From Bacilli bacterium (GTDB taxonomy: Bacteria; Bacillota_I; Bacilli_A; RF39; UBA660), in NCBI GenBank assembly GCA_016295795.1, contig JAEDKN010000004.1, forward strand, positions 1 to 62,852: a DNA stretch of 62,852 nucleotides. The letters are read 5' to 3'. Below the pieces are notes generated by a model. That model had not been told where the DNA came from and did no database searches. It saw nothing but the letters and a program-made list of their open reading frames with translations. Below, piece by piece: positions 59,403 to 62,852 of this stretch (position 1 is its first letter; each line of letters begins with the position of its first letter). Position numbers and translations under genes: made by a program.

Positions 59403-60278
59403 CTATCCATTTATTTGACTCATAACTTCGCTTGCAAAGTCATCTACTCTTTTTTCGATTCCTTCTCCAACTTCAAAACGAACTACTTCTGTAATTTTTG
59501 AATTACTATTTTTAACATAAGTTTCTACATCAACATCTGGATTTTTAATAAATGGTTGTTCTAAAAGACAAACTTCTTTATAGAATTTATTTATTCTACC
59601 ATTTACCATTTTTTCAGCTATTTCAGCAGGTTTTCCTTCTTCGATTGCTTGTTTCTTAATTACCTCTTTTTCATGATCAATAACATCTGAAGGCACTTCT
59701 TCTCTAGAAACATATGCAGGTTTCATAGCTGCAACATGCATAGCAACATCCCTTGCAACTTCTTCATCTGAGCCATCTAAAACAGTAATAACATTTATCT
59801 TACCAAGATTTTGATGATTATACACACCAAATACTTGTGCATCAGTTTTTTCTAGTATTTTAAATCTTCTAAAACTAATTTTTTCACCTATCTTAGCAAT
59901 CAAACCAATTAATGTAGAACTAACAGTTCCATCTCTCATTGGAAGATTCATAGCAGAATCTAAATCGTTAACATTACCATTTAATATTACACTAGCTAGT
60001 TCTGAAACAAAACTAGTAAATTCAGCATTTTTAGCAACAAAATCAGTTTCAGAGTTAACTTCTACTATAACAGCTCTATTACCCTCAACTAGGATTTCGC
60101 TTAATCCTTCAGCAGCTATCCTAGATTCTTTTTTTGCAGCTTTAGAAATGCCTTTTTCGCGTAGCCAATCTATGGCTTTGTTCATATCGCCTTCTGATTC
60201 TTGCAACGCTTTCTTGCAATCCATCATTCCAGCACCAGTTTTTTCTCTTAATTCTTTTACATCACTTGCGCTAAACAT
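59403..60278 (-). CDS. tsf: Elongation factor Ts
   Basis: 'VKELREKTGAGMMDCKKAL' UBA-like N-terminus. ATG at 60278 after AAGGTGA; the track ORF is GTG-extended. Confidence 0.97.
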   Translation of the reverse strand: MFSASDVKELREKTGAGMMDCKKALQESEGDMNKAIDWLREKGISKAAKKESRIAAEGLSEILVEGNRAVIVEVNSETDFVAKNAEFTSFVSELASVILNGNVNDLDSAMNLPMRDGTVSSTLIGLIAKIGEKISFRRFKILEKTDAQVFGVYNHQNLGKINVITVLDGSDEEVARDVAMHVAAMKPAYVSREEVPSDVIDHEKEVIKKQAIEEGKPAEIAEKMVNGRINKFYKEVCLLEQPFIKNPDVDVETYVKNSNSKITEVVRFEVGEGIEKRVDDFASEVMSQING

Positions 60279-60288
60279 ATTCTTCACC

Positions 60289-61233
60289 TTATTTTAAAAC
60301 TTCAAGAAGTTCATCTTTCTTTAATTTTGAATAACCTTTAATTCCTTTTATCTTAGCCATTTCTTTTAATTCTGCTAAAGTCATATCGTTGATGTCTTTC
60401 ATAACTTCTTCAACTACTTCTACTTTTGCTGGTTCCTCAACAGGTTCTTTTACTTCTTCTTTTACTGTCTCTTTAACTTCTTTAGGCTCTTGTTTTTTAG
60501 CTTTTTTTTCTGCCTTATTCTTATCATCTTCAGTTAAATAATCAATAACTTCTTTACCATTAACTTCAGCAATAGCATTAGTTAATACACCAAGCATTAA
60601 TTTAACACTTCTAACAGCATCATCATTACCAGGTATAATATAATCAACCATATCAGGATCACAATTAGTATCAACAACACCAAATACAGGAATATTTAAT
60701 ATTCTGGCTTCTTTAATAGCATTTTCTTCTTTACGAGGATCAACAATAACAATTGCAGCAGGTAACTTCTTCATATCCCTAATACCACGTAAAAATTTGT
60801 TTAACTTATCATATTCTTTTTTAATTTTAATTACTTCTTTTTTAGGTAATAAATCAAAAGTTCCATCACTTTCCATTTTTTCAATTTGTTCTAGTCTTTT
60901 AACTCTTGATCTAATAGTTTTAAAGTTTGTTAATGTTCCACCTAGCCATCTTTCATTAACAAAGTACATGTCAGTTCTTAAAGCACACTCTTCAGCTGCT
61001 TCTTGTGCTTGTTTCTTAGTACCTACAAATAAAACCTTTCCTTCAGCTTCTGCAATAGCTTTCATTGCAGCATAAGCTTCTTCTATTTTCTTTGCTGTTT
61101 TTTGTAAATCTATTATATATATATCATCACGAGAAGTATATATATACTCTCTCATTTTTGGATTCCATCTTCTTTTTTGGTGTCCAAAGTGAACACCTGC
61201 TTCTAATAAATAATTCATTGAAACTACTGTCAT
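60289..61233 (-). CDS. rpsB: 30S ribosomal protein S2 with C-terminal extension of about 80 aa
   Basis: '[19 protein letters not shown]', 'VVDTNCDPD'. Then a K/E-rich linker and the terminal segment '[31 protein letters not shown]'. Confidence 0.97.
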   Translation of the reverse strand: MTVVSMNYLLEAGVHFGHQKRRWNPKMREYIYTSRDDIYIIDLQKTAKKIEEAYAAMKAIAEAEGKVLFVGTKKQAQEAAEECALRTDMYFVNERWLGGTLTNFKTIRSRVKRLEQIEKMESDGTFDLLPKKEVIKIKKEYDKLNKFLRGIRDMKKLPAAIVIVDPRKEENAIKEARILNIPVFGVVDTNCDPDMVDYIIPGNDDAVRSVKLMLGVLTNAIAEVNGKEVIDYLTEDDKNKAEKKAKKQEPKEVKETVKEEVKEPVEEPAKVEVVEEVMKDINDMTLAELKEMAKIKGIKGYSKLKKDELLEVLK

Positions 61234-61276
61234 TTCTTATTTTCTCCTTTTCGTTATACACTTATTAATTTCTAAA

Positions 61277-61304
61277 GTTTATCACCCGAAGGCACTAGAT
61301 AAAC
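61277..61304 (-). terminator. Stem-loop between rplT and rpsB (weak terminator or processing structure)
   Basis: Minus strand reads gtttat-ctag-tgcc-UUCG-ggtg-ataaac: a UUCG tetraloop hairpin with only a short T-run. Confidence 0.3.
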
Positions 61305-61320
61305 CAATTCATTAATATGA

Positions 61321-61881
61321 TTATTTTAATAAATCTAATATATCTGCTTTTTTACTTCCAGCAGGAATTGTAATATTTCTATCACTTGCAATTTTCTTTA
61401 ATTCAGCAACTGTTAATTTAGATAAATCTTCTTTTTCTGATTTTTCTTCTTTCACTTCAGCTTTTGCTGTTGCTTTCTTTGCAGGTTTTTCTGTTTTAAT
61501 AACATATGGTTTACCTGCTTTTTTGCTTTCCAAAGCAGCTTTTGCAACATTAACCATTTCTGTAAATGCTTTAGGATCATTAATTGCTATTTCTGAAGCC
61601 ATTTTTCTATTTACTTCAATTCCAGCATAATTTAATCCCTCTATAAATCTAGAATAGCTAATTTCGTTTTCACGACAAGCCGCATTAATTCTTGTAATCC
61701 ATAATTTTCTGAAATCTCTTTTCTTTTGTTTTCTATCACGGAAAGCATATTTTCCTGAATGCATTAATTGTTCTTTAGCAGTTTTATATAATCTATGTTT
61801 GCTACCAAAATATCCTTTTGCTTCTTTTAATACTTTTTTATGACGAGCTTTTGTAGCAACACCATTTTTTACTCTTGTCAT
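61321..61881 (-). CDS. rplT: 50S ribosomal protein L20 with C-terminal extension of about 65 aa
   Basis: '[24 protein letters not shown]', '[21 protein letters not shown]'. Then a K/E/A-rich linker and '[31 protein letters not shown]'. Confidence 0.95.
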   Translation of the reverse strand: MTRVKNGVATKARHKKVLKEAKGYFGSKHRLYKTAKEQLMHSGKYAFRDRKQKKRDFRKLWITRINAACRENEISYSRFIEGLNYAGIEVNRKMASEIAINDPKAFTEMVNVAKAALESKKAGKPYVIKTEKPAKKATAKAEVKEEKSEKEDLSKLTVAELKKIASDRNITIPAGSKKADILDLLK

Positions 61882-61904
61882 TTTCTCTTCCTCCTAAACA
61901 CTTA

Positions 61905-62090
61905 TTAGATTAAATTTTTTAATCTGTTATGATCAGCTTTACTTAACTGAGAACCTTTTCTGTTTTTTCTATTTACATTTGTTGATTTGTAACCAGTATT
62001 ATGTCTACTTCCTGGTTTACCAATCTTATAATCATTTTTTCTTCTTTTGAATACTTTACTACTACCTTTATGAGTTTTTAACTTTGGCAT
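61905..62090 (-). CDS. rpmI: 50S ribosomal protein L35
   Basis: 'MPKLKTHKGSSKVFK', 61 aa, highly basic. Confidence 0.95.
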   Translation of the reverse strand: MPKLKTHKGSSKVFKRRKNDYKIGKPGSRHNTGYKSTNVNRKNRKGSQLSKADHNRLKNLI

Positions 62091-62106
62091 AATTTTCCTC
62101 CTACAA

Positions 62107-62631
62107 TTATTTTTTTGGTGTTAATAACATTGTCATACTTCTACCATCAAGTTTTGGTTGTTGCTCAATATCAGATAAATCTTCAAGACGTCCAGCAAAT
62201 CTCACTAAAACATCTTTACCAATCTCAGTATGAGCCATTTGTCGTCCTTTAAAACGAATGGATAATTTGATTTTATCTCCCTTTTGTAGATACTTAGTAA
62301 CTTGTTTTAACTTTGTTTCAAAATCACCAACATCTATAACAGGTGATAATCTAAATTCTTTTAATTCAGACATGTTAGCCCTTTGCTTCTTTAGAGCTTC
62401 TTTTTCTTTTTTACTTTTTTCGTATTTATATTTGTTATAATCCATTACTTTACAAACAGGTGGATTACCATTTGGATTTATAAGAACTAAATCCAACCCT
62501 GCATAACTTGATAAAGTTAATGCATCATTAATTGGCTTTACGCCTACTTGTTCTCCATTCGGACCAATTACTAAAACTTGACTAGCTTTAATTTGCTCAT
62601 TAATTAACAAATTACCTTTCGAACTTGCTAT
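62107..62631 (-). CDS. infC: Translation initiation factor IF-3, inferred AUA start
   Basis: 'INEQIKASQVLVIGPNGEQVGV', 'KVMDYNKYKYE'. GGAGGTG RBS (62638-62644) sits 6 nt before the ATA at 62631. The upstream part of the track ORF contains the RBS and an attenuator hairpin, so I rejected it. Confidence 0.88.
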   Translation of the reverse strand: MASSKGNLLINEQIKASQVLVIGPNGEQVGVKPINDALTLSSYAGLDLVLINPNGNPPVCKVMDYNKYKYEKSKKEKEALKKQRANMSELKEFRLSPVIDVGDFETKLKQVTKYLQKGDKIKLSIRFKGRQMAHTEIGKDVLVRFAGRLEDLSDIEQQPKLDGRSMTMLLTPKK

Positions 62632-62798
62632 ACAAAACACCTCCATTAAATATAAAAAAGTGGATAAATATATCCACTTTAAAGACACAATTAAAATTAT
62701 AACTAATATAATTTAATCAGGCTCTATACCTATTGCTATGTTCCAAGCTAATCAGGTGGATGTGGATACATCTCTTTCCTTTTTTAATTTATGCTGTA
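62632..62798 (-). ncRNA. infC-rpmI-rplT leader (L20-leader-type attenuator)
   Basis: Leader of about 165 nt between a consensus promoter and the infC RBS. It ends in a 10-bp hairpin aaagtggata/tatccacttt (62657-62680) plus a T-run, as expected for the L20-controlled terminator of Firmicutes. Confidence 0.6.
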
Positions 62799-62827
62799 AT
62801 TATAATATTTATTTGTTAATTTGTCAA
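62799..62827 (-). promoter_or_regulatory. Consensus sigma-A promoter of the infC operon
   Basis: Minus strand reads TTGACA-17 nt-TATAAT. Confidence 0.7.
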
Positions 62828-62852
62828 TGAATTTTTGATTTTTTACAAATTT

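Noticed and set aside
61234-61320. Relatively GC-rich rplT-rpsB spacer as a possible small RNA or riboswitch
   Set aside because: I can see only one short UUCG hairpin with a 4-nt bulge. The spacer is too short and has no recognisable riboswitch core. It is listed only as a weak terminator or processing structure.
62632-62688. N-terminal extension of the infC ORF in the track (MSLKWIYLSTFLYLMEVFC...)
   Set aside because: This stretch contains the attenuator hairpin and the GGAGGTG RBS itself. IF-3 homology only begins at 'IASSKGNLLINEQ', so the extension is an artefact of the absence of an upstream stop codon.

Overview
Very AT-rich, low-GC Bacillota (Firmicutes) chromosomal segment using the standard genetic code: TGA ends several clearly complete genes, such as era. 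It is mostly housekeeping. From the left it shows Bacillus-like synteny dgkA-cdd-era-yqzL-recO, then peptidoglycan and division genes (murE-murG-murB-divIB, murC) and tRNA/rRNA modification genes (miaA, rsmE, mtaB, mnmA). Spore-former hallmarks are present (spoIIM-like, spoVB-like flippase, DUF1540, yqzL). After these come deoB-xerD, rarA, and a class B sortase with a vWA/MucBP-type surface protein ending in a PPNTG sorting signal. The heat-shock operon reads hrcA-grpE-dnaK-pepF-dnaJ and has two CIRCE operators. Two ABC transporters, galE, smc and priA follow, and then tsf-rpsB and the infC-rpmI-rplT operon with an L20-type leader. No rRNA, tRNA, CRISPR array or transposase was recognised. The main points of interest are listed here. 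(1) A symmetric four-gene cassette of uncharacterised proteins lies between priA and tsf (54393-59305). Two divergent 301-aa acidic paralogs bracket a two-gene operon with a consensus promoter; its first product ends in a RelE/Gp49-like segment and its second is a 662-aa helical protein. (2) Coding-strand polarity converges at about 22.1-22.8 kb, with a dif-like 28-mer in a 460-bp non-coding stretch, which suggests the replication terminus. (3) The adhesin gene contains an 891-bp tandem duplication with 698 bp of perfect identity. (4) Ribosomal proteins S2 and L20 both carry similar C-terminal Rho_N/HeH-like tails. (5) Several apparent pseudo-enzymes and unusual small proteins are present. All domain calls come from motif recognition by eye and need profile or structure searches to confirm.
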